DNA of 64,000 nucleotides from Octopus vulgaris. Its lineage: Eukaryota. Shown here in pieces: positions 52,310 to 64,000 of this stretch. The notes below the pieces were generated by a model. That model made no database searches. It was not told where the DNA came from and saw only the letters and a list, made by a program, of their open reading frames with translations. The stretch covers positions 99,262,001 through 99,326,000 of the forward strand of contig OX597819.1 in NCBI GenBank assembly GCA_951406725.2, given 5' to 3'. Position 1 is the stretch's first letter; the number at the start of each line of letters is the position of its first letter. The translations under genes and the position numbers were made by a program.

Positions 52310-53277
52310 TATATTATTTGCATGTCATTGTTTAGTCTTATTTCAAGATTTCTTCCCAAAAGAGAAAGAGCCGGTTTCTAACCTAGATTCAAGGCTACTT
52401 CATTGGAATTTCAACATCAATAACAGGCTATTTTTGTTTGTATGTATTATATGTGCAGATTTGTATGTTTTGCTTAATGTATGTACTCGCATACATATAG
52501 TTGCATATCTAGACATGCTCATATATATTTAACTGATAAACTTCCGGAAAGTTTTAGAGATTTTTACAGTTCCAGTGATGGATTGGATCTGTAATCTTCG
52601 AATATGTATGAATATATGTAAGTATACATATGTATACATATATACCTGTGTGTATGTTTGCGTATGTATATATATAATAACAATTTAATAAATAAAACAT
52701 ATGCATACATACATACATATATGTACATACCTACATCTATATGTATATATACATGCATATATGAGTACACGACACCACAAATAAACGTAGAACACAACGA
52801 GAAACGAAAACATAAAACCAAACAAGGAAACGGACTTTTTTTAACAACGAAAAAACAGAGTACAAAACAAACAACACAAGGAACATTCCCCTTCTTCAGC
52901 TGCCCCTGTTTCGACTCAATGCGTATATACATGTATTTGAAAAAAAATGAATAAAAATAGGCTTTCTGTTAATTTTTACACTTTAATAATTAGACGTTTA
53001 TAAATATCTAATGAATAAAAATGGGTTTTCTCATAAATTTCTACTTTAATAATTAGATGTTCATAAATATATAATTATCAAAGTGGAAAAATTATGAGAA
53101 AAGCCATTTTTATTCATAAAAAAAATAGTACTGTACCAAGGACTTTCTATTTGTTATCCTATTATATATATATATATATATATATATCGTTTTGGGATTT
53201 GGTTTGCAAGATTCTTCACGTGAGTTCGTGTGTAGAAGCATATTCTGTTGTGTCTGGGGAGTCATTTTTTTTGTGCC

Positions 53278-53440
53278 TTATAATTTAACACTCACTGGTT
53301 AAATTTCCACTTATTCCTTATTTTTATTTTCCTAAAGAGAGTCAAGACTACTGAAAAGGGTGCAAGACACAACGAAAATTTTAGGAAAATGAAAATAAGG
53401 AATAAGAAATTTTACCGCTGAGTGTGTTAAATTATAAACC
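53278..53440. repeat. Imperfect inverted repeat
   Basis: TTATAATTTAACAC...TTTTCCTAAA pairs with TTTAGGAAAA...GTGTTAAATTATAA. Confidence 0.75.
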
Positions 53441-53575
53441 ACAAAAAGTACTAAAAAGAGGATTCAAGTAGAATCAGGTACTTGAAAAGATATGCGCACA
53501 GGTAGGGTTAGGGTAATCTCTGTGGTTTCGGACTATGTTATACTGGTCCTCCATTATGTGCACAATGTCTGATGT

Positions 53576-53624
<49 letters not shown>

Positions 53625-54383
53625 TATGGATACCGTCTTGGAGGCTTTAGTCCAAGGAAACGATCCTAGTACTTATTTTTTAATCCAGGTAATTATACCG
53701 TGCGTCCCTTTTACTTTGCCAACACCGGTTGCCAAGCGCGGTCGTGGATGACACGAAAACGCAAAAATAAGCACCATAGATGTATGCATTCATACATATA
53801 TACACAAACACATGCACGCGCGCACTCACGACACACACACACACAAATAAATATAAGCATACATATGTGTGCGTATATATATATAGATATAAGGTATATA
53901 CGTTTATATATTGTATGACACGTCGTAGCCGAGTTCCAGGTTTCAATCTCATGATATGACATCTCACCTTTTGCAATTGCCTTGGGTCAACTCAAATATT
54001 GTAAGTGAATCTAGATGGATAGAAAGCGCGTCGAAGCTCGTTGGGAGGACTGCACTTATAAATAAAAGTCGTACACTATGTCACATCGTTTCCGCTTTAC
54101 AAACGTCAGGGCATTCGGCCAAACTGTGGAACAGTAGAAATATTTTAAATTTTCGACTCTATCGAACGAGAACTAAACGACAATTTTTCTTTTACATGTT
54201 TCGGTCATTAGACTGCGGCCATGCTAGGGCACCGCTTTGAAGAAATTTTAGCCGAATGAACCGACCCCATCATTCTTGTTAAGCCTGGCATTTATTCAAT
54301 CGGTCACCTATTGCCGAACCGCTAAGTTACAGGGGCGTAAACACAGCAACACCGGTTTCTTTTGGCTGCTGCTGCAACTACTA

Positions 54384-54415
<32 letters not shown>

Positions 54416-56204
54416 ACTACTACTACTACTGCTGCTGCTGTTACTACTACTACTGCTGCTGCTGCTATTACTACTACTACCACCACCACCACCACAACCT
54501 CCACCACTTCTACTACTACTACTACTATCATCTCTGCTGTGTTTCGCACTAAACACTTTCTTCCAATCCTTTCTCCTCAGCAATGACAATTCCCTGGCTA
54601 TCCCGTCGCCTTCATTTTCCGTCAATCTTTCGACTTTAGAAATAAACATCAATCGTATTGACCCAACCAGTATAGCTGAAAGTGTTGTAGCTACTGCCCG
54701 ATCTTCTTCGGCTGGCCTGTGAACTTGACATCTGCTCTACTGATGTCACCAGTATAGAAGAACCTGTAAACCTTATACCTTATGTGATAAAATAATCGAA
54801 CTCATAACAATAAAGATTTCTAACAATGATTCAAGGTTACAGATTTTGCAGGAGAATGTAATTGATGGAATCGATCCCAGTACTTAATTGGTACTTTATT
54901 GGATGGATGAAAAGAAAAGCGGATCCCAATAATATTTGAATTCTGACCATAGAGGGACGCGACTTTACTTTGTTATCAGCTAGGTTTATCCACTGATGAT
55001 AAAACCCCCAAATCATCGTTACAGTTTATGTATGCCGGTTATACTTCTAGCCTATCCATAGTAGTTAATTGCTGGTTAAACCGAGTGCCTGGTTGATTAA
55101 CTCCTTGGCAGAATTTGAACATAAAGCCGGAACAATAACCGCAAGGAATCTCGCTCAACTCGTTAATAATGCCGCCAATCCACTACTTTGTGCTGGCATT
55201 TAACTTGTCGACTCTGGGAAAGATCAACAGCTAAGTTGATCTCGGCAGATTTTAATCTTAGACTGGGACGAACAACACAAGAGATTCTATCCGACGCTCG
55301 AACGATTCCTTCGATTCATCAATTCTTTTTAACTACTTATTATCACCAAAATAATAGTTTCTAACTGTGGTAAAATTGCACCCATTTTGGGCGATGGTGG
55401 TGGTGGTGATGGTAGTAGTAGTGGAAGACATGATCGATTGTATCCGTTCCAGAGCTGTAACATTATTTTATCAATCACAGATGATTTAATGGATTTCAAT
55501 ACGAAATTAATATTACTAATACTATTTTTATTTTACTTTAATAAAGTGGACTGGAAGCCTAATCACTGTGGAATATGAAATCAGAAGGTGAAGGGATGTA
55601 AGTAATTGCTACAATGTTGTTAATCCGGCGCTTTACCATATCTGATACATGACCAAAATAATGTTTTCTAACAATTTCACAAAACCTCTAATATTAGTGA
55701 AATATGTAGTCGATAATATCATATTTATAGGCACAAAGCCTGAAATTTGGCGGTGGAGTGGGGTGGGGAACTAATCGATTATATCAATCCTGGTGCTTGA
55801 CTACTACTTATTTAATCGATCCCGAAAGGATGGGAAGCAGAGTCGAACTCGGTGGATTTTGAACTTAGAATGTAAAGACGGACGGAATGCTACTAAGTAT
55901 TACGTCCGGTGTGCTAATAGGTCCGCCAGCTTTAGAGTTTAGGTTGTAGGTCTTATGTATCTAAAGTAAGCAGTAGAGAAGCTGGATAGGGAAGCTGGAA
56001 AACTAGGTCTTAGGTATAATAGAAATAATCTTTTACATTGATACAAAGCCAGAAATTTGGAGGGGAGGAAAAGGCGATTATATCGGTCTTAGGTACTTTA
56101 TTTTATCGATACCGGAAGGATGAAAAGCAAATTTCTGTTTTCCGACATTTGAAAATACAATGTAAAGAAACAGAGCAAATACTGCAAGGAAAAATAAAAA
56201 TAGT

Positions 56205-56290
56205 CGCCTTTAAAGAGACTTGAACCATTAGATACGCTCAATCAACTAATTCGTAAAAGTCTGATGCTTTATCGACTGAGCTATGCAAGT
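56205..56290 (-). pseudogene. tRNA-Lys(UUU) pseudogene with a ~20-nt insert at the canonical intron position
   Basis: Minus strand ATAGCTCAGTCGATAAAGCATCAGACTTTTA-[CGAATTAGTTGATTGAGCGT]-ATCT..GGTTCAAGTC..GGCG, then a T-tract. Variable region deleted. Confidence 0.7.
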
Positions 56291-57986
56291 TGACACAACC
56301 TTCTACTTATTAAAACGTCATTTGATTCATGAAAGAAAAGTGATTAAGATCATTTTGGTGAAATGGTAGACAGTGAAAGTTGTCATAAAAAATACTTTGT
56401 TTAATGAAACTGTCTTGACCAAAAATGGGAATCAACAACTAGTGTTATTACATAGCCCAGTATGAGCAGAAAAGCATTCTAACCCTAACCATCTCTTTTA
56501 ATTTCAGGTACAGTGTCTACAATCACATTATCAAATTTGTCATATATTTGTTAAAAAAAAAAAATAATAAAGCGGGTAATTTGGGAGATGGATGATTCGG
56601 TTGTAATTTTTAGCATGCTAAACGACCACGTAAAAGTTCGGTTCTGCCTTGATGTTGGATAGAATCATTAAGATAATCTCAAAAGAGAATCGCTTGCTTG
56701 GAAGACGAATAAGTGTTAAAAGATAATTCCTGAAATGGTAAAATAGATTCCACTAATGTGAAGAAAATAGGGAGACAAAACAGATAGTTGGATGAAATAC
56801 GGCGACTGTGACATGTTATAAACGTGTTTTGGTATGAATGTAGTAATGCATGCCTGTGGTATAACATGTGGCTATTTAGCTGATACCCTCCTCGTTTGTT
56901 TCTCAGTGTGACGTATTGATGCTTTTCAAATCTTTCTCCTCCTAAACACATTTTATGGTCTATTGCTGGGATTTAGACCAAAAATTCGGACTGTCCGTAT
57001 TTTAAAAAATTGATTAGAAAAAGAAAAATCGAAAAATTTACCAAAAAATTTAAAAAGAAAATTTTTGAAAAACTGTAAAACACTAAAAAAATCTTTTCAT
57101 AGCCGTAAATTCCCGTGTGTAGAATACAAATGTGCATAAGTTTTCTGAAAATTCCAAACAATAAAAAAATTATGAGCGGTTCAATAGCATGTGTAAAAAA
57201 AGAATTCCGTTCAACGAAGAAATTTAAACGGATGTTTAAAGTTTGATGATGGACGAATTAAAAGGAAAAATAATTATTTCTAATTTAGTCACAGGGTCAG
57301 TAACTTTTGAGAAAAGGGTTCTAGTGTCTTATACAACTGAAGCACTTGAATATTACTTATTTTTTATCGAATCCGACAAGACGACAGGGCGAGAGGCAAA
57401 GTAGATTTCGATGGCATTAGAATTAGTACATAAAGAACCAGAGCAAACACTACATGGCATTTTGTCGGTCGATTTCAGCAATGGTTTTTAGCACACACAC
57501 ACACACACACAAATAGAAATGGCAGCCCAATCGCGTCCCCAAGAACACCCTAAGATCATAAAATGAGGAAGGATACATAACCTTATGGTAGTTCTAGATA
57601 ACTTTAAAACTGTGGGGCATTCAGCGGTTGAACATAGGTCTGCCCGATCAACCGCATCCTCCTCGGTTTTCATTATTTCTATCATATACGAAAGGCTAAG
57701 CAGACTACACTACAGCCTGGCTTGCTACAGTGGAAATAGGCACCTCTATGTCAGTGGCTTTCGATTGGCTAAAATTACACGAAATTTGTAAGCTTTAATA
57801 AAACGTATTAATTTATTTAAGGCAAAATGAGTTTCATTTCCATAATTAGCATACCAAACTACATCAATACACCAAGTTTGAAATCAAATGGATTAAAATT
57901 GAAGGAATTGAAGAGAAAGCTAAACAGGAAAGTATATGTAAGTATATATACATAGGTACTTGTACACACACACACACATACATATA

Positions 57987-58410
57987 TTCTTTTACTTTTA
58001 CCCGTTTCAGTCATTTGACTGTGACCATGCTGGAGCACCGCCTTTAGTCGAGCAAATCGACCCCAGGACTTATTCTTTGTAAGCCTAGTACTATTCTATT
58101 GCTCTCTTTTGCCGAACCGCTAAGTTACGGGGACATAAAAATACCAAGCGATTTTGGGGGGACAAACACAGACACACAAACGTATACAAACACATACATA
58201 TATACTACACACACACACACACATACATATATATATAGACATATACGACGGGCTTCTTTCAGTTTCCGTCTACCAAATCCACTCACAAGGCTTTGGTCGG
58301 CCCGAGGCTGTAGTAGAAGACACTTGCCCAAGATGCCACGCAGTGGGACTGAATCCGGAACCATGTGGCTGGTAAGCAAGCTACTTACCGCACAGCAACT
58401 CCTGCGCCTA
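57987..58410 (-). mobile_element. Full SINE whose 3' end matches the LINE 3' end (partial copies at 54190-54360 and 60135-60170)
   Basis: tRNA-like head, internal microsatellite, tail GGCGGTGCTCCAGCATGG..CAGTCAAATGACTGAAAC. Confidence 0.85.
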
Positions 58411-58411
58411 T

Positions 58412-58444
<33 letters not shown>

Positions 58445-58454
58445 AACTGCATAA

Positions 58455-58835
58455 ATAATACGGTTTTTTCAATTGCATCAACAAAAAGTTTGAGGGGACG
58501 GGATAAACTACCTGCATCAACTTGCTATAAAAGCAGGTAGTAATTTTACCTTGTACGCTTAACGTAAGTTTTAAAGAGTGCAGTTCGATTTTAACAGTAA
58601 TTTTTTCAAAGCTATAATGGAAGTGGCATAGGAGCATATATGCAGCATATTCGCCGGACATTGCCCCATCTAATTATCATTTATTCCGCAGTCTTCAAAA
58701 TCATTTGGACGGAAAAAATATGAATTCTATAGACGAGGCCAGAACAGTACTGGAGAAGTATTTTTCGTAACGAAGTGAATTTTGGAAGCGGGACCTTGCA
58801 AGTCTACTAGATAGATGGAAGAGCATTGTAGAAAA
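58455..58835 (+). mobile_element. Internally deleted mariner relic
   Basis: ~58647-58712 translates YSPDIAPSNYHLFRSLQNHLDG, matching the mariner YSPDLAPSDY motif. Confidence 0.75.
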
Positions 58836-61250
58836 AAAAAAGAATATATATATATATATATATATACATATACACACTCACACACAGATACACACACACA
58901 TGAATAAATAGAATATTTATGATTTATGTCCGCGCTTGTTATAAATGAACTAACTATATACTTACATTATATATTACCCTTTCCGTTATTTAATTTAAGA
59001 GTTATCTAAATATCACAAATAAGATACATAGTCGAAGGATGAAAGACAGAGTTAACCTCGACGAGAATTGAACTCAAATAAATCTGATGAAATATTATTT
59101 TGTAAAGATATTCTAACTGCAACAATATTTTGGAGGATGGATGAAAGATTATGTTGAAGATTTTTTGAAATTAGATTGTAAACCCACTGCCCAAATTAAA
59201 TGCATAATATTAAGTAACCAAAATATAAAATACATTTAATTAATCTAAAATAAATTGCAGTTACGTACAAGGAGTGAAAAAAATCATACGTACTCGTATC
59301 TAAATTTTGCTGTCTTATTCTTATATTCTTTTCTACTCTAGGCACAAAGCCTGAAATTTTTGGAGCGGGGGGGGGGCAGTCAATTAGATAGATCCCAGTA
59401 CGCAACTGGTACTTAATTTATCGACCCTGAAAGGATGAAAGGCAAAGTCGACCGCGGCGGAATTTGAACTCAGAACGTACGCCCGGCGTGAAAACACCAA
59501 TATGCTCTCTCTTTTTTCTTTAGTATTCTATTCCTTGGTGTGTTTAGACAGTTGGCACTTCTCTGTTCTACTGCCTTTTCCATGCACAAATACAAGAGAA
59601 ACAAACTGAATTTAAAAGTAGGTCTGGAATAAAGTTATAGAGTAACTACAACCTATTAATTCTGTGGAAGAAACAGTAGGATGTGATAATTTTACAACCG
59701 TGGATTGTAGATCCACATTTTAACCACGACCATCACCTCTTTTTTAAGGTATAATATGTTAAGAACTACCGACCTAATATGTATTTTAAAGACAGTAGTA
59801 TGCGATTTGAGGAGGACTTTTCTAAGGAATTTTAACATAATGACCCTTAAAACACTATTGTGCATCTCCAATTTACTATTTTGGTATGTGTCCCCACCCA
59901 ATCTTATATGAAACTTCAGAGGCCATATAGAGTCCGGTTGAAAATTACTTGTACTTGTGACATAGACGGTGTAAAGTAGTTCCAGTTGTCACAGTTTCGG
60001 AATAATTTACCATTATATGGTGTTATTTGATTCGAAACAAACCCTTCAAATGGTGTTACTTGAATGAAAGCAAAACCACAAAAATTGATTGTGGCAGGGA
60101 CCTGATATGTACTGTTTCATATCTTATGTTGCTCTTGTTTCAGTCAATGGACTGCAGACATGCTGGGGTAGATCATCCCCAGTACTTACTATTTGAAGTT
60201 AGGTACTTATTCTTATTTCTTTACTGCCCACAAGGGGCCATACACAGAGGGGACACACACAAGGACAGACAAACGTATTAAGTCGATTATATCGACCCCA
60301 GTTCGTAACTGGTACTTATTCAATCGACCTCGAAAGGATGAAAGACAAAGTCGACCTCGGCGGAATTTGAACTCAGAACGTAGCGGCAGACGAAATACCG
60401 ATAAGCATTTCGCCCGGTGTGCTAAGGTTTATTCCAGCTCGCCGCCTTGTTCTCTGGTTCTTATTCTATCGGTTTCTTTTGCAGGACCGCTTAGTTACAC
60501 CGATAAACCAACACTGGTTATTAAGCGGCGTGAGAGACAAACGCTTCCACAAAGACACCCCTCCCCATACACATACGCACTTTCACACAGACACGTACAC
60601 ACTTATTTATTTACGCACACACATATGTAAGACGTTGCTCGGAAAGACGTCGAAGGAACATAACGAAAACAGGAATGCACAAAGGACGTGGAAATGCTCT
60701 TCTCTCATCAGCTATCGACACAATTTCCGTCAGCCAAATTCACTCATAAAGCATTGGTTAGCACAAAATTATAGTGGAGGACACTTGCCCAAGGTGTCGC
60801 ACAGGGGTTCATACATCTTTCAAAATTGTTAGTGGCAGAAATAAAGGAAAATAGTACATAATTGAACTATAACATAATCATTGCCGAAACTTAACGTTTC
60901 GTCTATATCAACTTAATCTTAATAAGGATTTTTTTTTTACTGAATTACAAGCTGCGAATTGGTTAGACTAGAAAGTCCTGAGAGATTTAAGTATAACTGT
61001 TACTTTTAGTTTTCAATTGAATTAAACATTTATGTACTGGAAAATTTGAAGAACAAAAGCAAGTATTGAATATACAGAATAGAGATGACAGTTAACAACA
61101 CTCTGCTGTGTGTATGACATAAACATGTTGACATATATATATGTATGTGTATGTGTGTATGCATCTACGTATATTATATATATATATATATATATATGCA
61201 TATATACGCACATATACATATACTCTCACACACATATATAAACACAAAAC

Positions 61251-61292
<42 letters not shown>

Positions 61293-61338
61293 GCACATAT
61301 ACATATACTCTCACACACATATATAAACACAAAACGTG

Positions 61339-61384
<46 letters not shown>

Positions 61385-62984
61385 ACAAGTAGAAATATAA
61401 GTTTTGTGAGTTTGACAAATCAACATCGCAACACATGTTCTGCAATAATTTTTGTGTAGTGTTTACTTGGAATTTTGATGTCTTGATGTGTGAATGTTTA
61501 TTCCGTCATTGTGTTTCTGGAAGACGCTTTATAGAGACAATACACTATGAAAGATGGCTGGTCTTTGAAAATTTTGGCTACATACTTATATCTAGGCGCT
61601 CTGTGAAGTATCTAGAGTCTTTAGCCTATCACGTAATGTCAGAAAAAGAAGAAAGCGTAATTTTAATTATATTTACTCAAATATATTCTCATATAAAACT
61701 TTATCTAACCGACAATAGATATGTGATCAGAGAGAGTTATAGAGCAATTTCAAAAATAAATAGATTATCGTTAACTCTTTGCCCGCCCTGAGTATCATAC
61801 GTTTCCTGGCCGCTATGTAATATCTTTTCCAACCACTAGAATAACTTGACATTAAAAGAACGCTTTCTATTATTTAGAAAGTATAACGCAAAGGTTAGCC
61901 AAAAATAAGCTTATGAAAATGTTTCGTATAGGCAAAAGTTTAACGGATGAGAAATGATAGTGATAAAAAAAAAACGCCTCCAAAACAGACAAGTAATTAC
62001 AAGCAAATGAGAGTCGTAGTGCAATATAAAGTTAATTCCATATGCAACAATTTCCTAGAAAACTAAAGATGAATTTAAAAATACAGATATAAAGCTGTAA
62101 TTTGTCATTGATTTTTAAAGAAAGACTTTTTTCAAATTCATTAAATAACTAATTATTTTACAATAAAATTAAGCCAATTGATATATTTCACTCACAAATT
62201 ACTATTCAATGTGTTCTTAGAAAATTAAATTACCTTAAAAAGAATATTTGAATGAATTATATTGACGTTCTTGTTAAATACAAGATACTATCGAAACCCT
62301 GCACGCATTCAAATCAAATTAACAATCGAATATTTCGACTAACTAGTCTGCAGTTAACAAAAGTAATTACCTGCTAATCAATCAATATAATTACAATACT
62401 TTAAACCATATTAAAATCAAAAGTACATACCTGTAATTTGCAAGATTTTCAATATAGATGATTAATTGGATCTTCAATATAAGATTTTAAGTTCGACAGA
62501 AACTTTTTGAAAATTTCTAGCGTTCTACAGTTCTATAATTCTTAAGATCATTCTATGGTCTCCGCTTCACGATGTCGCGTTGGAAGGTATCAAAATCATT
62601 AGGTGTTTGTCTCCTCACACGAAGAACGTCTCTGAATATTTTCAGATGAATATAGACTGACCGAAAATTGAAATAGCGCACAAAGAAAAGAAAAGAAAAA
62701 AAACACAATAGCAATAACAAGAAGCAAAAGCACCTCGAAGTTAAATGAAGCTGTTCGTCCCAAGCAATGATGGACAACTAAAAACAAAGCAAAAATAAAC
62801 AACAACAACAATAATAATAATAAATCTCAGTATCTTTATCGTCTTCTATATAATTCGATCCATTGACGAGCGGCAGAGTTGAAACGGTCAATTACTTTCA
62901 ATCTTCGCTCTCATTGTCTTCCTATGTTGTTTTAGAGATCCGAATGATTCCCATTTAAACACCCTCTTCATCACACCCTCTATA

Positions 62985-63605
62985 CCACCACAACCACCCC
63001 ACCCCCACCTGCACCTCCACAATACCACTACCACCACCACCGCCGCCATCAATACTGCAATCAAATACAATAATATTAGCATACTATCATTGTAAAACCA
63101 CTCCTACCACGACTACTACCCAAAGAAACAAAACAAAAAAAACCCGAAAAATTACATAAACACCATCATTATCATCGACATAAGCATCACTACCACTACC
63201 ACCACCACCGCACCACCGCCAACACCATCATCGTCACAGTTACACGCGTCACCATCACTACTATGGGCAAGACAAAAGCAATATTCTCTCTCCCACCATC
63301 ATCATTCCTGTTACCCCACTATCATCACTGTAACCATGAACATCACTATCAACTTCCCCATCACTAACCAACTCACCCATCGTCACCGTCATTGTTTCCA
63401 CCACCACCACCACCACCGGCACCACCACCACCACCATACTACCACCACCATACTACCACCACCACCACCATTACCACCACCCACCACCACCGGTACCACA
63501 CCACCACCACCACCACCCACCACCACCACCACCACCACCACAATCACCACCACCATCACCATCACCACCACCACCACCACCACAATCACCACCACCACCA
63601 CCATG
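62985..63605. repeat. (ACC)n low-complexity region (similar trinucleotide tracts at 7720-8010 and 54365-54530)
   Basis: Direct reading. Confidence 0.95.
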
Positions 63606-64000
63606 GACAAGACTAAGACATACCGCCCCCCCCACTCTCACTCTATCTCTAAATGTTGTTAGTGGAATGATTAGTTAATCTGATTGTGTTCGATCTGTTC
63701 CTGCATAATGATCAACAATACTTGGGTAGACATGTCTTATAACTCACATGATATCTTGTCCCCGAGAACTGCTCCTCTACCTTCGCTATTCATACTACGA
63801 TTGACAAACATACTTCTTTAAAAAAACTGATTATGGGGTTCTAAACCATAGCGGAGCACTTGGGTTAAGTGTGAAAAAAAATGTTTTAAATGGGGAAGGC
63901 AGTCATGGTGTAGGTTTTTGCATGTATGTGCGAGAGTATGTACGTGAGAATGAGCGTGCGCACGAGCATGTCTCTATCTATCTATCTATCTATCTATCTA

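Noticed and set aside
54535-54765. Possible minus-strand exon after TTTACAG acceptor
   Set aside because: No recognisable protein motif in any frame; runs into a trinucleotide repeat.

Overview
A very AT-rich, microsatellite-dense eukaryotic window. The SINE types and repeat landscape suggest an octopus or other cephalopod; this is an inference. Host coding sequence is sparse: three exons of a Ly6/uPAR (three-finger, quiver/sleepless-like) GPI-anchored protein on + (8.2-14.4 kb) and one eh1-motif exon, probably of a transcription factor, on - (50.2-50.6 kb). Mobile DNA includes a DD37D Tc1/mariner relic, two near-identical CR1/L2-group LINEs inserted in (TA)n, many tRNA-derived SINEs, a non-autonomous Helitron and an intron-containing tRNA-Lys pseudogene. 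The main hidden signal is a set of non-coding repeats, mostly within (TA)n tracts, that carry type I hammerhead ribozymes (HHR). These include a ~9.6-copy array of a 535-bp unit with 9 intact HHRs, a 565-bp unit family and several older families. Wherever these elements are inverted, the arms are head-to-head. This resembles a multi-family retrozyme / non-autonomous Penelope-like system. All RNA structures were paired by eye, not computed.
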